Shown piece by piece: positions 34,741-49,529 of a stretch of DNA of 64,000 bases. The first letter of the stretch is position 1. The number at the start of each line of letters is the position of its first letter. A program made the position numbers and the translations under genes. This DNA comes from Eledone cirrhosa (Eukaryota), in contig OZ024740.1 in NCBI GenBank assembly GCA_964016885.1, positions 325,314,001-325,378,000 on the forward strand, read 5' to 3'. Under the pieces are notes generated by a model. The model was not told where the DNA came from, ran no database searches, and saw nothing but the letters and a program-made list of their open reading frames with translations.

Positions 34741-34877
34741 GATATCTTGGAGTGAAAGATGTATTTACTGTAGTTTTTGTTGTTGTTTTAATGGATCTAT
34801 TTGTCCACTTGTTTATAGTTGTTGTCCATTTATGTTTGTTCCGCCTTAGCACGCAAAAGCAACAACAACTACCATTG

Positions 34878-34950
<73 letters not shown>

Positions 34951-35177
34951 TACTACTACTACTACTACTACTACTACAAATGCTATTTCTTTATTAAATA
35001 GACGCTTAAGTTTCTTTATATTGCTTGTTTTGGGGTTATTTTTAATCGGTTTTACGTCGGAGTTATCCCAGTTTCCTGAGTTGCCTTCTCCTAGAAAATA
35101 CCCTGACAAAGGCTAGGGGTTCTTTACTCCCAGTGGCTTAACCGCGCGATCCAGTAATCAGCCCGATTATTTCTAAC

Positions 35178-35787
35178 ATGGTGGCTGCCAACTCGTTTTC
35201 GAGTACGGCCACTACTTCATATCCATGTAGGAGAACCCCTACTGATGTGCTGAACGAGTGTGACTTTTTAGTCCAGCCAGCGACTTGAAAACTCGGGTAC
35301 AAACACTGCACTTGTGACAATTATTGACACATATTGCTGGGCCCATGGTACCATGTGACGACAAGTGCAGAGAGATCTCCAGATATAAAGCAATGCCTGT
35401 GCCGTGAAGCTTTTATAGTGAGCAAAGGCACTGCACAAAGCCAGTCCCACTCTCTTAACCAAGATGATATTTACCAAAAAGTAGAACAAGTCAACATCAT
35501 TGGATACCATCAGGGTTGCAGGTGTTATATCAGAGTTTTCCTTCTCCTAGAATTCTGCCTTGACAAAGGCTAAGGGGTCATCTCTCCCGGTGATTTTGGA
35601 TGGCCATTGACTCTTAAGAGCTTCTTTGCCCTTTGACAAGTTTTGTTTTTAGTCCTGCAGGATGTCCAAAGTCACCCTCCTTACCAAGAAACCTTGGTGG
35701 GGTTGCCAGTTTAGTCGCCAATGACCCGACCATGAGACAGGTTGTACTGGGATACATGTTACCAGTAGCACCAACTGGTGACCTGAC
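35178..35787 (-). mobile_element. Short RTE-derived element: probable 5' UTR joined to the 3' end
   Basis: 35178-35465 is the C2H2/3' UTR repeat. The remainder lacks RT or endonuclease coding and ends at a TACA/TA tract. Confidence 0.55.
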
Positions 35788-36205
35788 ATATACATACACA
35801 TATACATACATATATATATACACACATATATATACACACACATATATATACATATACATACATATATATACACACACATATATATACATATACATATATA
35901 TATATACACACATATATATACACACACATATATATACATATATATATATACACACATATATATACATATACACACATATATATACACACACATATATATA
36001 CATATACATATATATATATACACACATATATATACATATATATATATATACACACATATATATATATACATATACATAAATACATACATACACATATATA
36101 CATATACATATATACATACATACACATATATACATATACATATATACATACATACACATGTATATATACATATACATACATACACATATATATATACATA
36201 TACAT

Positions 36206-36240
<35 letters not shown>

Positions 36241-36317
36241 CATACACATATATATATATATACATACACATATATATATATATATACATACATACACATA
36301 TATATATATACATACAC

Positions 36318-36352
<35 letters not shown>

Positions 36353-36412
36353 CATATACATACATACACATATATATACATATATATATATATACATATA
36401 CATACATACACA

Positions 36413-36444
<32 letters not shown>

Positions 36445-36457
36445 CATATACATACAC

Positions 36458-36488
<31 letters not shown>

Positions 36489-36885
36489 CATATACATACA
36501 TACACATATATATATATATATATATATACATATACATGCATACACATATATATATACATATACATACATACACATATATATACATATACATACATACACA
36601 TATATATATATATACATATACATACATACACATATATATATATATACATACATACACATATATATATACATACACACACATATATATATACATACATACA
36701 CATATATATATACATACATACACATATATATATATATACATACACATATATATATATACATACACATATATATATATATACATACATATATATATATATA
36801 TACATACATACACATATATATATATACATACATACACATATATATATATATACACATACATACACATATATATATATATACATAC
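35788..36885. repeat. Compound (TA)/(TACA)/(CA) microsatellite
   Basis: Directly visible. Source of the 374-449 aa spurious ORFs. Confidence 0.95.
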
Positions 36886-36976
36886 ATGGTGGCTGCCAAC
36901 TCGTTTTCGAGTACGGCCACTACTTTATATCCATGTAGGAGAACCCCTACTGATGCGCTGAACGAGTGTGACTTTC
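36886..36976 (-). mobile_element. Extreme 3' end of RTE-type element
   Basis: Matches 35178-35268. Confidence 0.7.
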
Positions 36977-37693
36977 TAACATACATACATACATACATAC
37001 ATACCTACCTACATACATACATACATACATACATACATACATACATACATACATACATACATACATACATACATTTGCAAAACATTCTTGCGATTCAAGG
37101 GATGACAATTTCTTTTCTTTTCCAACCTTGCCACCAAGAAGGTGGCCGGTAAAAAAAATATACTCGAAATTAAGAGAAAGAGATAACATACATACATATA
37201 AGGCTTAAAGTTATATTGGTGGAACCTAAAAATAAAAACGGTCTCCAAATTAAAACATAACCGGCATCATTTTATTGTTTGGGACCACACATTGCAGAAA
37301 TAAGTTACCCACCCCCATATCAATGTAGTAAGCAAAAAACAAGAGTAGGAGCATATCTACTGATTATTGATGAGTATTTTGTAGACTCAACCCTCAAATT
37401 ACACGCCTCGTTTCATATCTTATTGTTATCGGGGATATAGGATAAAGTCTAACCCGCCTGGATCAAAGTATGGCTGAACTTGGATTTATGTAGAAAGAAC
37501 GCAGCTCCTTAATTCGTAAGCTACAAATGGCTACAATATCTGTAACATTCAAAATCTGTAAAAAAATTCTTACCTTTCAAAAGTTTCATGCGACGACAAA
37601 ATCTTCCTTTTCTTTATCACCTAGCCACCGGGAAGGTGGCCGGCAAAAATAAACTCCAAATTAACAGAAACAAATATTACATACATATATACA

Positions 37694-37735
37694 TATCTTC
37701 TGATGAAGGACTAGCGCCAGAAATATTAATACTCT
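37694..37735 (+). ncRNA. Minimal hammerhead motif with decayed stems
   Basis: tctt CTGATGA aggactagcgcca GAAA tat TA atac. Homologous to 4477-4514. Confidence 0.5.
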
Positions 37736-38039
37736 TTTCCTAGTATATCAAACGTAAAACTAATAACATTTCTTCATTGTACTGTGTCGTTTGCTTTGTT
37801 ATTTATGTTTGCCTTTTGCATATACATACGTCGAAAGATAGTGCAGACATTTTATTTTAATTATTCACAGATATATCATTGACATTATTTTTCGTTACAT
37901 TATTTTACCACCAACCCACCACCGATTATAATGTAACACCATCGCACCATTCTTTGAATAACTTCGTTTTAAATATTTAACTTCTTTTTAAGTCTTCTAT
38001 AACACAACAAACGTTTTGTTTTTAAATTGCTTTTGCGTT

Positions 38040-39190
38040 GTCTTCGTGTTTTGTTGTAGTTGTTGATTGTGGTGGTGGTGGTGGTGCCGTAATGGTGGTA
38101 GTGGAGATGGTTGAGGTGGTGATGGTGGCCGTGGTAGTGGTGGTGATGGTGGAGGGGGTGTGGTGGTATTGGTAGTGATGGTGTTATTATTATTGTTGGT
38201 AGTTGCTGTGATATTGATGTTGTTGTTGTCGGTGGTGGTGGTGGTGGTGGTGGTGGTGGTGGTTGTAATTGTGGTGGTGGTAATGGTGGTAGTGGTAATG
38301 GTGGTAATGGTGGTTGGGATGGTGGTGGTGGTAATTGTGGTGGTGGTAATGGTGGTAGTGGTAATGGTGGTAATGGTAATTGTGGTGGTGGTAATGGTAG
38401 TGGTGGTAATGGTGGTAGTGGTAGTGGTGGTAATGGTAATTGTGGTGGTGGTAATGGTAGTGGTGGTAATGGTGGTAGTGGTAGTGGTGGTAATGGTTTG
38501 TGGTGGTGGTGGTGGTGGTGGTGGTGTTTATGTAACGCTTTTTAGTTGTGTTGATATGCGTGGTCGTGGTGTTGATGATGGTGGAGTTTAAGGCGTTGTT
38601 CTTTTTTTTTTATGATGATGATATTGTTGTTTTTGATGATGATGATGACGACGACGACGATGATGATGAGGATGATGATGAGATTGTTTTTTTCTATGAT
38701 GTTGATGATGATATTGCTTTTTTTACGATGATGATGATGATAATGATGATGATATTGTGTTTCTCTCTGAACATTTTTAGTAAAAACTACAAATGTTTCG
38801 TTGATCCGACTGCTACGTATGGCTATTTCTGTTGCTAAATTGTGTTGTTGTTGTTGGTGCTGTTGATGTTGTTGTTGATGGTGTTGCTGATAGTGTTGAT
38901 AATGTTGTTGTTGATGATGATGATGATGATATTGGGGGTGGCGGTGTTGTTATTGATGATGATGGTGGTGGTGGAGGTGGCGGTGTTGTTATTGATGATG
39001 ATGATGAGGGTGGTGTTGTTATTGATGATGATGATGTTGGTGGTGGCGGTGTTGTTATTGATGATGATGGTGGTGGCGGTGTTGTTATTGATGATGATGG
39101 TGGTGGCGGTGTTGTTATTGATGATGATGATGTTGGTGGTGGGGTGCTCGTGATGTGAATATGATTTTGTTGTTGTTGTTGTTGTTGTAG
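38040..39190. repeat. (GTG)/(GAT)/(GTT) trinucleotide-derived low-complexity tract
   Basis: Directly visible. Confidence 0.9.
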
Positions 39191-39235
39191 TTGTGGTTTG
39201 TGTGTTCTGCTTGTTTATCAGCTGATTATCCGCAT

Positions 39236-39555
39236 AGGTTAGCTTTACCTTTCATCCTTCCGGGGTCGATAAAATAAAGTACCAGTCACACAATGGGGTC
39301 GATTTAATTGACTTTCCTGTACCTGAAAATTGTTATCCTTGTGCTGAAGGTAGAAACAATTATTATCGGTAGGCTTTGCGGCATATAGTTACGGATCAAT
39401 ACGTTCTCAGTTCAAAACCCACCGATGTTTGCATTGCCTTTCATTTTTACGGAGTCGTTAAATTAAAATACCAGTAATACACTGTGGTCAATTTAATTGA
39501 CTCCCCCGCAAATAAAAATGTTGACATTGTGCCAAAAGTAGAAACAATTATTATT
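39236..39555 (+). mobile_element. Two tandem SINE copies
   Basis: Each has ctttcat..gtcg.taaa.taaa.taccagt and ends gtagaaacaattatta. Confidence 0.75.
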
Positions 39556-39557
39556 TT

Positions 39558-39621
<64 letters not shown>

Positions 39622-39740
39622 TTTGTGTACTTTATCATGCTTCTTTTTCTATTTTTTATTGTGCTATCACTGTCGATGCAGGCAATTCGGGTTCACATAC
39701 ATACATACATACATACATACATACATACATACATACATAC

Positions 39741-40850
39741 ATAATCAAAAACTCACACCCAGGGATGTCGCTCAGCAGTATCGCAGTGAATCCATGGATG
39801 AAAAACTGCATGCCTATCAGCAAAAAATCATGCATGGATATGTTGCCAGGAAGCTCCAAAGTGAGAGTAATATAGATAAGGAAAGTAGTCTATCTTGGAC
39901 CAACAACCGCTATATTGGCTCCCACTTTGAAGGATACGCTTTTGCAATCCAGGAACAGGAGATTAGCACGAAATACCTGATTCACAAAAGCGATAGGGAA
40001 GCAGGCAAAACACCTAGATGTGATAACAAGTGTAGACTCTGCAGAACTAACATCGAGGATATCACCTATGTCATCAGCAGCTGTCCAAAGATGTCATCGC
40101 GGTACTATCTACCTATGAGGCATGATGTAGTGGCCAAAACACTGTATAATGCAGTTCGTAAAAAAGATAGCCTCGATAATAAACACATTAAAAGCTACAA
40201 CAATGTGGAAGACATCGATGTACATAATATGAAAGAGTACTGGTGGAATGTTCCAGTAAAAACCCCAATAAAATGCAGGCATAACAGACCAGATATTATG
40301 ATATTGGACAGGGAGAAGAAAACATGCACAGTAGTGGAAATTAGCTGCCCAGTAGATGCCAATATAATATCAAAGATTAGTGAAAAGGAGAATATTTATG
40401 TAGAACTGATGAGAAATCTGCAGATACTCCACCCTGATTACACCTTCAGATTTATGCCTGTGATTATTGGGGCACTGGGATATGTTAGTAACTGCCTCAA
40501 TACAAATCTTGAGAAGCTAGGCTTCACAGGAACAGAAAAAACACAACTAGTTAGGAAACTACAAGTACAATCCATTAATGGAACAGTAAAAATATGTAAA
40601 ACATTCCAAAAATGTTGCATCTAATAACTGCATATACACATGTACAGATACAAAGCATATACACATGCACACATACAACTCAAAACATACACATCCACAC
40701 ATACAATAACATCCATATCTACACATGCATACATACATATCTACCTAGTTGATGTTGTGTATATTCCAATGAGAGAGTCTTGTGTCTATGTTAGAAACCG
40801 ACTCTCTCTCTCTATTGGTAAAACTTTGTGAAATTATAAAACCAGAAGAA
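39741..40850 (+). mobile_element. 5'-truncated R4/Dong-type LINE with intact RLE frame, inserted in (TACA)n
   Basis: AIQEQEI, CRLC..SSC, RHD and NRPDIMILD..VEISCP..EK. Near-identical to 43915-44990. Confidence 0.92.
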
Positions 40851-40920
40851 CATACATACATACATACATACATACATACATACATACATACATACATACA
40901 TACATACATACATACATACA

Positions 40921-43900
40921 GTCAACGCGATCAGTCACATATTTTGGCGTTGCAGACTATTTATTAAATTTAAGATGAATACTATCTCCGACAGTAATGC
41001 CACAACTACAGCCAGGTTGAATAACTGGTTATGCTTCTAACTATCCCTTTTGAAGACACCTTTTATTCTAATTCGTAGAGATATCCGACTAAATACATAA
41101 TTCATTTTACATGGAATTGCTACAAACAGCATGGCTGAACACAACATCAACAAAAAGATTAAGGAAGTACCGAAGACAAATAACAAGGAAGGTAATCAAA
41201 CTTTATTCAGTTGTAGCTACAGAAGAAACCGAAATTATAAATCGCATTTCTCTTGAAGTTGCGAACTTAATAATGATTTATTTAATTGTTATAAAATGGC
41301 AAAAAACAATCCCTCCATTGGCTATATGAATAGAATGAAGCTACACTGAGACGAAATGCACCCAGAGCTAAATTATTTCACAGCGAAACAATTACGCCAA
41401 CAAGCGACGTTTGTTGAACTTAAAAATAAGATAAATATTATTAATTGTAAGTCCCCCACAACAAACATGTTATCAACAACACGTGCTACAGGTCGCCATG
41501 CTACTAGACTTCCTAGCAGCCAGGTCGAACAGCGTCTTGAAACAACTATGCCTGTAAGAAACTTGACACCACCTGTACCATCTAAGTCTACCTCGAATGC
41601 TGAGAAAAACACTATCGATAATAATAATAATCGAAGAAATTTGACACCACGTCTACCATCCGAGTCTACCTCGACTATTGTGGAAAATACTATCGATAAT
41701 GATAATAATTTAAAGTATAAACAATTGAAAATTTCCCTCAATGAAATCTTCCAGAGAGAAATTAATTCATGTATAAATATCTCTCTTGCTGAACGTGTTA
41801 AAACGACAATGGTGAATAAAAAACCAAATAATGAAATATTACGTGTTATTGACGAAATAGGGGATGAATATTTACGACGGATAAAAACCCCAACATTTTG
41901 TCAAATCAACGCCTGTTTATATGCCTTAGCAATGACCATGAAGCATTATCTTGGTGATAGCAGAGATATTAACAAGAACAAAACACCACAAAAAATGCCA
42001 TCATATATAACTAAAATAGAAAAAAAGATTGCTGACCTACGAAAAAGCATAGGATATGTGACAATGCTCCTTACATGCAAACAAACACAAAAAAACTCAC
42101 TCCTCACCAAAAAAGAGTGAAAAATAAAATAGAGACGATGTTTGGTAACAGTAGAACCAGAACTCTCCAATATAAACTGATCACCCTCAAACAAGAATTG
42201 AGAGCTGTCAGCGAAAAACGCCGATACCTGAAGAAGGTAGATGAGAGAAAAGTGCTTAATAAAAGATTCAGTCGAAACCAAACATCAGTCTATAGAGATA
42301 TGAAGGGCAAAATAATAAGTGTCACTGAGGCCCCATCCCAGAAAAACATAGATTCCTTTTGGAGAAAAATATGGGGTGAAAAGAAGAATTTCAACCAAGA
42401 TGCAGTGTGGCTAAAAGAAATCCGAAAGAACTATTGCTCCTACACTACAACAAAAACATACGAAATAAGTGAGGGTACCCTTGAGACTGTGATAGGAAAA
42501 CTCCAAGATAAGAAAACACCAGGAAGAGACATGATTGTCGGTTACCGGTACAAAAAACTGATATTCTATCGGAGGTATCTTACTGACCTCTACCAACAAG
42601 TTCTTAAGGGAGATACACTTATACCAGAATGGCTGACATTAGCACAAACATTACTGGTCCCCAAGAACAAAGACACCCACACGGCAAAAAACTACCGACC
42701 CATTGCATGCCAGAACCTGATGTATAAGATGTATACAGCCTGCCGGAACCTATTCCTCCAAGATCACTGTGAAAATAATAACATCATCACAGATGAACAA
42801 GCAACTGGAAAGAAAAGGGTTTGGAGATGTGCTGAACAACTCCTAATCAACAAAACTGCGATGTCAGAGGTGCGACAACTTAGGAGGAATATGATTACAG
42901 TCTGGCTGGACTACAGGAAATCTTTTGATTTTGTTCCCCACTCTTGGGTGATAGAGGCCCTCCAACTTGCTAAAGTCCCAGACATTATTGTCAGAGCCAT
43001 AGAGAGGCTGTCTTCTTCTTGGGCTACTATCCTAAGGTTAAAGACAGAGAGGGAGGACTATATTTTCACTGATAAAATAAAATATTGCATGGGTATATTT
43101 CAGAGGGACAGTCTCTCTGTAATATTGTTCACCTTGTCATTAAACCCCTTGTCCTTTCTGCTCAAGAAATGTGAGGGATACATCATTGGCTCATAGGAGG
43201 ACAGAAATACGAACCTAACGCATAATTTCTTTGTGGAACGATCTGAAACTCTATGCCAAGAACATGGATGGGATGAAGAAAAATCTTGAACTGGTTACAA
43301 CTTTCTCAAAGGATATAGGAATGGAGTTTGGCCAAGATAAATGCTCATACGTGACTGTAAAGCGGGGAAAAACAACCCAATCTAGCAACATTGTCATCAA
43401 TAGCCTAACTGTTTCACCGATATCTGATGAGGACTGCTACATATACCTGGGGATAGATGAGAACATATCCTATAATGGTATCTGTAATAAAGAACGCGTA
43501 ACCAAGGAATACTACACCCGATTAAGAAAGATCTGGTCATCGGAACTCTCTGCGCAAAACAAAACAGTGGCTCACAATGTGTTTGCTGTGCCTGTCCTAA
43601 CACCAACGTTTGGAATACTCAATTGGACGATAGACGAAATCCGAGCAGTTGATGTTGGAACTGGAAAAATACTGAAAAACACCGGAAACTTCCACATCAA
43701 CAGTGACATAGACCGCCTTTACTTGAAACGAAAGCAGGGAGGCAGAGGCCTAACATCAGTCCAGACAACATTTGAATGTCGCATCATATCTCTCCGACAA
43801 CATCTACGAACCCCGAAGCGTAGGCGCCCGTTTCTCGAGCAAGTCTATCTGCATGAAACAGATAAGATCATGAGAGTTGGGAAGGAACTCCTCGAGAGAT

Positions 43901-44990
43901 ATTCCCTGTGTGATAATCAAAAACTCACACCCAGGGATGTCGCTCAGCAGTATCGCAGAGAATCCATGGATGAAAAACTGCATGCCTATCAGCAAAAAAT
44001 AGTGCATGGATATGTTGCCAGGAAGCTCCAAAGTGAGAGTAATATAGATAAGGAAAGTAGTCTATCTTGGACCAACAACCGCTATATTGGCTCCCACTTT
44101 GAAGGATACGCTTTTGCAATCCAGGAACAGGAGATTAGCACGAAATACCTGATTCACAAAAGCGATAGGGAAGCAGGCAAAACTCCTAGATGTGATAACA
44201 AGTGTAGACTCTGCAGAACTAACATCGAGGATATCACCTATGTCATCAGCAGCTGTCCAAAGATGTCATCGCGGTACTATCTACCTATGAGGCATAATGT
44301 AGTGGCCAAAACACTGTACAATGCAGTTCGTAAAAAAGAAAGCCCCGATAATAAACACATTAAAAGCTACAGCAATGTGGAAGACATCCATGTACATAAT
44401 ATGAAAGAGTACGGGTGGAATGTTCCAGTAAAAACCCCAATAAAATGCAGGCATACGGACCAGATATTATGATATGGGACAGCAGATGCCAATATAATAT
44501 CAAAGATTAGTGAAAAGGAGAACATTTATGCAGAACTGATGAGAAATCTGCAGATACTCCACCCTGATTACACCTTCAGATGTATGCCTGTGATTATTGG
44601 GGCACTGGGATATGTTAGTAACTGCCTCAATACAAATCTTGAGAAACTAGGCTTCACAGGTACAGAAAGAACACAACTAGTTAGGAAATTACAAGTACAA
44701 TCCATTAATAGAACAGTAAAAATATGTAAGACATTCCAAATATTTTGCATCTAATAACTGCATATACACATATACAGATGCAAAGCATATACACATGCAC
44801 ACATACAACTCAAAACATACACATCCACACATACAATAACATCCATATCTACACATGCATGCATACATATATACCTACCTAGTTGATGTTGTGTAAATTC
44901 CAATGAGAGAGAATCTTGTGTCTATGTTAGAAACCGACTCTCTCTCTCTATTGGTAAAACTTTGTGAAATTATAAAACCAGAAGAACATA
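40921..44990 (+). mobile_element. Near full-length R4/Dong-type RLE non-LTR retrotransposon, inactivated, flanked by (TACA)n
   Basis: RT motifs KTPGRD, NYRPIAC, WLDYRKSFDFVPH, GIFQRDSLS and FVDDLKLY (frameshifted), then GGRGL, zinc knuckle and RLE. Frameshifts near 42110 and 43238, stop at 43194, deletion near 44482. Confidence 0.93.
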
Positions 44991-45476
44991 CATACATACA
45001 TACACATATATATACATACATAGGCTAAAGCACACAGTAATACACACAACACCGATAAACTCGCATATCTGAACAGATGTCGAGAAAAAGTCGGACCCCA
45101 ACATTTCGATTGTACTTTGAGCTGATCGATATCGAAACAATTGAATGTTGAGTTGTGTTGTATGGAATTTTTAGGTGAATATAAATAAGTAAATATAAAA
45201 TATACAGAAATAACTAGGATAAATATAGATAGGTAAAGTAATGGTCATAACTAGGAAGCATAGTGTATTAAAAGATGAAAGTTATAATAAGATAATAAAA
45301 TATAATAATATAATAATATAATAATATAATATAATGTAATATAATATAGTACAGTATGGTACATTGTATATAATATAATATAGCGTATGATGCATCATAA
45401 AATATAAAATTGTAAATATTTTCAAGTGGATTTATGTATAAGTAATCAAACTCAGATAAATGCATATTATCATATA

Positions 45477-46245
<769 letters not shown>

Positions 46246-46321
46246 CTCTACTCTGTATGAATATTGAGTGCTAATTTTGGCATACCGCCTATGGAAGCAC
46301 CATAGCTACTATTATACACAA

Positions 46322-46387
<66 letters not shown>

Positions 46388-46701
46388 TTATACATACATA
46401 TATACATGTACGCACACATACATGTACATACACATATACACACACATACACATATACACACATATATATATACATATATATATATATTCACTTATCATAC
46501 ATACATAGATGCATGTATATCCATGCAATTACAGGTGGTTATGTACCTTGATGCCCTTAGTAACGCATGAATCTATGGCAGCTAAAAAATTAAAAGGTTA
46601 AAAAATTAAAAAATTAACAGGAAGGCGTATAATAAATGGTACGTCACATAGAACTATAGTGAGTTGCTATTTAGAATGTTTAATTAGGTTTATAGTACTT
46701 A

Positions 46702-46915
46702 GAAATATACATACCTTCACATATACATGCCGTCCTCGAGAACGGCATGTATATGTGAAGGTATGTATATTTCCTCTGATAATTTGTAATATTTTTACAT
46801 AGATCTATATGATATACATACCAATACACATATACATCCCAGAAACGATCGTAAAATGATGAATTTTTTAATATAAGGAACTTGTTCTTTGTTTTTATTT
46901 CATTGTTTTTTATTA
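46702..46915 (+). mobile_element. HHR-family fragment with 5' fold-back
   Basis: Hairpin 46702-46773 and GAAA cgatcg TA at 46842-46853. Homologous to 59053-59250, but the CUGA core is lost at the fold-back. Confidence 0.7.
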
Positions 46916-47020
46916 ATTTATATATATATCTATATATAACAAAGAGGGTGTGGTAAGATACCAGGTAGACTATAACGCACCAGAGTACTTGATACTTGGG
47001 GTAGTAGAGTGGGTAATATG

Positions 47021-47104
47021 AAAAGATTCAGGACCCCGACCCCGAACAGTTCGGATCTAACTGTCGTAGCGGCCGGAGCTCAGCCATCGGGGTCCTGAAT
47101 CTTT
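47021..47104. repeat. Terminal hairpin next to (TA)n
   Basis: aaagattcaggaccccga / tcggggtcctgaatcttt. Confidence 0.8.
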
Positions 47105-47173
47105 ATATATATATATACACTGTATATATGAATATGTAGATATACATATACACTCATACACACACACTTTTTC

Positions 47174-47205
<32 letters not shown>

Positions 47206-47308
47206 AGTATTGAAATTTCCGTTGAAAACAGAAAAGGTCATAGAAGTGAAGAGTGCTCTATGTAAGTACCAGAGCAAAATTTAATGTATAAAAATCAATA
47301 CAATATAA

Positions 47309-47384
47309 TTACCTCATTACCAGAGGTTTCCTGAATGAGGCGAATACGAAAGAAACGTCTTCATTCGTTCGTCAGACGAGGCAA
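47309..47384 (-). ncRNA. Type I hammerhead ribozyme in the PLE 3' UTR
   Basis: Minus strand: ttgcctcgt CTGACGA acgaatgaag..cctcattcag GAAA cc tct gg TA atgaggtaa. Confidence 0.8.
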
Positions 47385-47908
47385 TATAAAACATGGGTAA
47401 ATACTTGGAAAGTCTCATCAAGAAAAGCAAAAAAAAATATAGACAGATGAATTAGAATATGAAATATATAAAAATCTTTCAAGAAATATAGTTAGGTGTG
47501 TGTATATATATGTATATATGCTCACAGATATGCATATATGTGTATGCACATATGTATACGTATAGTGAAAAAGTATGCGTAAATATATAATTTAGGGCAA
47601 ATGTATCTGTGTATCTGTAATCTACAGACAGAATAGATACATCATAAGAATATGAAGGCACGCGTATAAACACACCTAGACACACGTACACTTATATGCG
47701 GAAGTAAAAGAGGTAAGGGAGTGTAATAATTAAAGGAAAGTATCAATCTCGATATATTTATAAAAATGGAACAATAATTTAGAAAGAAAAAATTAAAGAA
47801 AAGACAAACAAGGTACACGCATACACACACACGTATATCTCACAAAAGAAACGCAAAAATATACATGGTTATATACACACGCACACTTACACATGCATAC
47901 GTTCGATA

Positions 47909-47939
<31 letters not shown>

Positions 47940-48574
47940 TTACACTCACGCATATTGACCTGTTTGCATGCACACGCATAAAAATGAGGATGTAAAAAAA
48001 GGGGAGAAGAAAAAAGAAACAAAACATAAAACCTAGATGTAAAAACACGGATATAAAGACACATACACATACACATACATATATATATATATATACACGC
48101 ACGCGCGCGCACATACGTAGGCGCTCATGTACATATATAGAAAGTATACATGCATTAAGGCGTTCAGACACATAGATACAGGGTGTAAAAAACTTGTAAG
48201 TACAAATATAAAATTGTAAAATTGGCTGCGCAAAAATAGAAAATAAAAATAAAAATAAAAAATATCTGGAGTGGAAAACGAAAGTGACTTGTTTAATCAG
48301 TTAGTGAAGGAAATAGGGAAGTAAAAAATGGAAGGTGAAGATATTAGGTAAGTGAATCGGAGAATAAAGGGGGGGGGGTTATTGGTGGATGTGAAGTAAA
48401 AATAAAAAAATATTTTAAAAATATATATATATATATATATATATAAATATAAAAATAAAAATAAAAATAAATGAAATTAATAATAAGGATAAAAATGAAA
48501 GTAAATCAGAAAGGGTAATTATAAAGAGAATAATAAGAGTTTATGGAGGATAAGTATCTGAAAGGGTGTTAAGT

Positions 48575-49529
48575 TTATGAGCTGGAAAGCAGGTGTGATT
48601 CCATGTGTGGGCAACTGGTGAAAATTTCCGTCTTTGTGTTCAGGCAGGTCTTTGGTGATTTAAGATTTTGCAAGATCCAATATTTTTCATTTATGCAGAG
48701 CGTGCATTTTCTTGTTCCTCTTGTATATTCTTTAGATTGGTTCAAAATTGACCAATCCAATTTATATTGGATGCCTTGGTCTTTCAAATCCCAAATTCTG
48801 CTAGCTAGAGCTGTTGTAAATCTTTTTTCTGGATGTCGAAAAGATGCGACATGTGAGTAATAACGCGTTTTGAATTTGTCTTGCGTCATTCCCACATATC
48901 GTTCACTGGTGGCTGGATGGTTGTTGCTGATGGTTGTCACTTTAGCCGCATATACAATGGCTTTGGTGTTGCATTTACCTTGTAATGGTCATTCACTTTT
49001 GATTCTACAGGAGCAAGTTTGATTTTCTCTAGGTGATTTTTTGTTGATGATATAGGACTTAATAGGGGGACCGCAGGAATAGCTAATTTTGACACAGTTT
49101 CTGTTAGTTTCTTATAGTATCTATGTGTTCTAGGGAAATGTTTATCTAGGAGCTCTAGGAATGTTTTGCCTACATTAGTTTTAACTGCTAGAGAGTAGGG
49201 AGGTGTGAACCAGATTATTTTTCTTTTCCTGTTTTTATGTTTAATAGAGTTAGTATAGTTGGGTATGTATTTAATCGGTTCGCTAAAACCGCTATTTTGG
49301 AGGGCTTTATTATAGTAGGGGGATGCCTTATTAAAAATAGCTTCTGAGGAAGAGAGGGTGGAGATCCTACGGCTAATATTAGGGATAAGGTTTTTAAAAA
49401 CTATAGGAGGATGGCAAGAGCCTTTATTTATATATTTTAAGTTTCCATTAGGTTTATGGTATGGTTTATAAGAATCAGTAGGCAAATCTAGGTTTATATC
49501 TAGGAAATCTACATTGGAAAGGTTAGTGT

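Noticed and set aside
38160-39158. Poly-V/D/G ORFs
   Set aside because: Trinucleotide repeat translations without splice or domain evidence.
47385-48575. SECIS element downstream of the PLE ORF
   Set aside because: No AUGA/GA quartet with a supporting stem found by eye. Needs a computational search.
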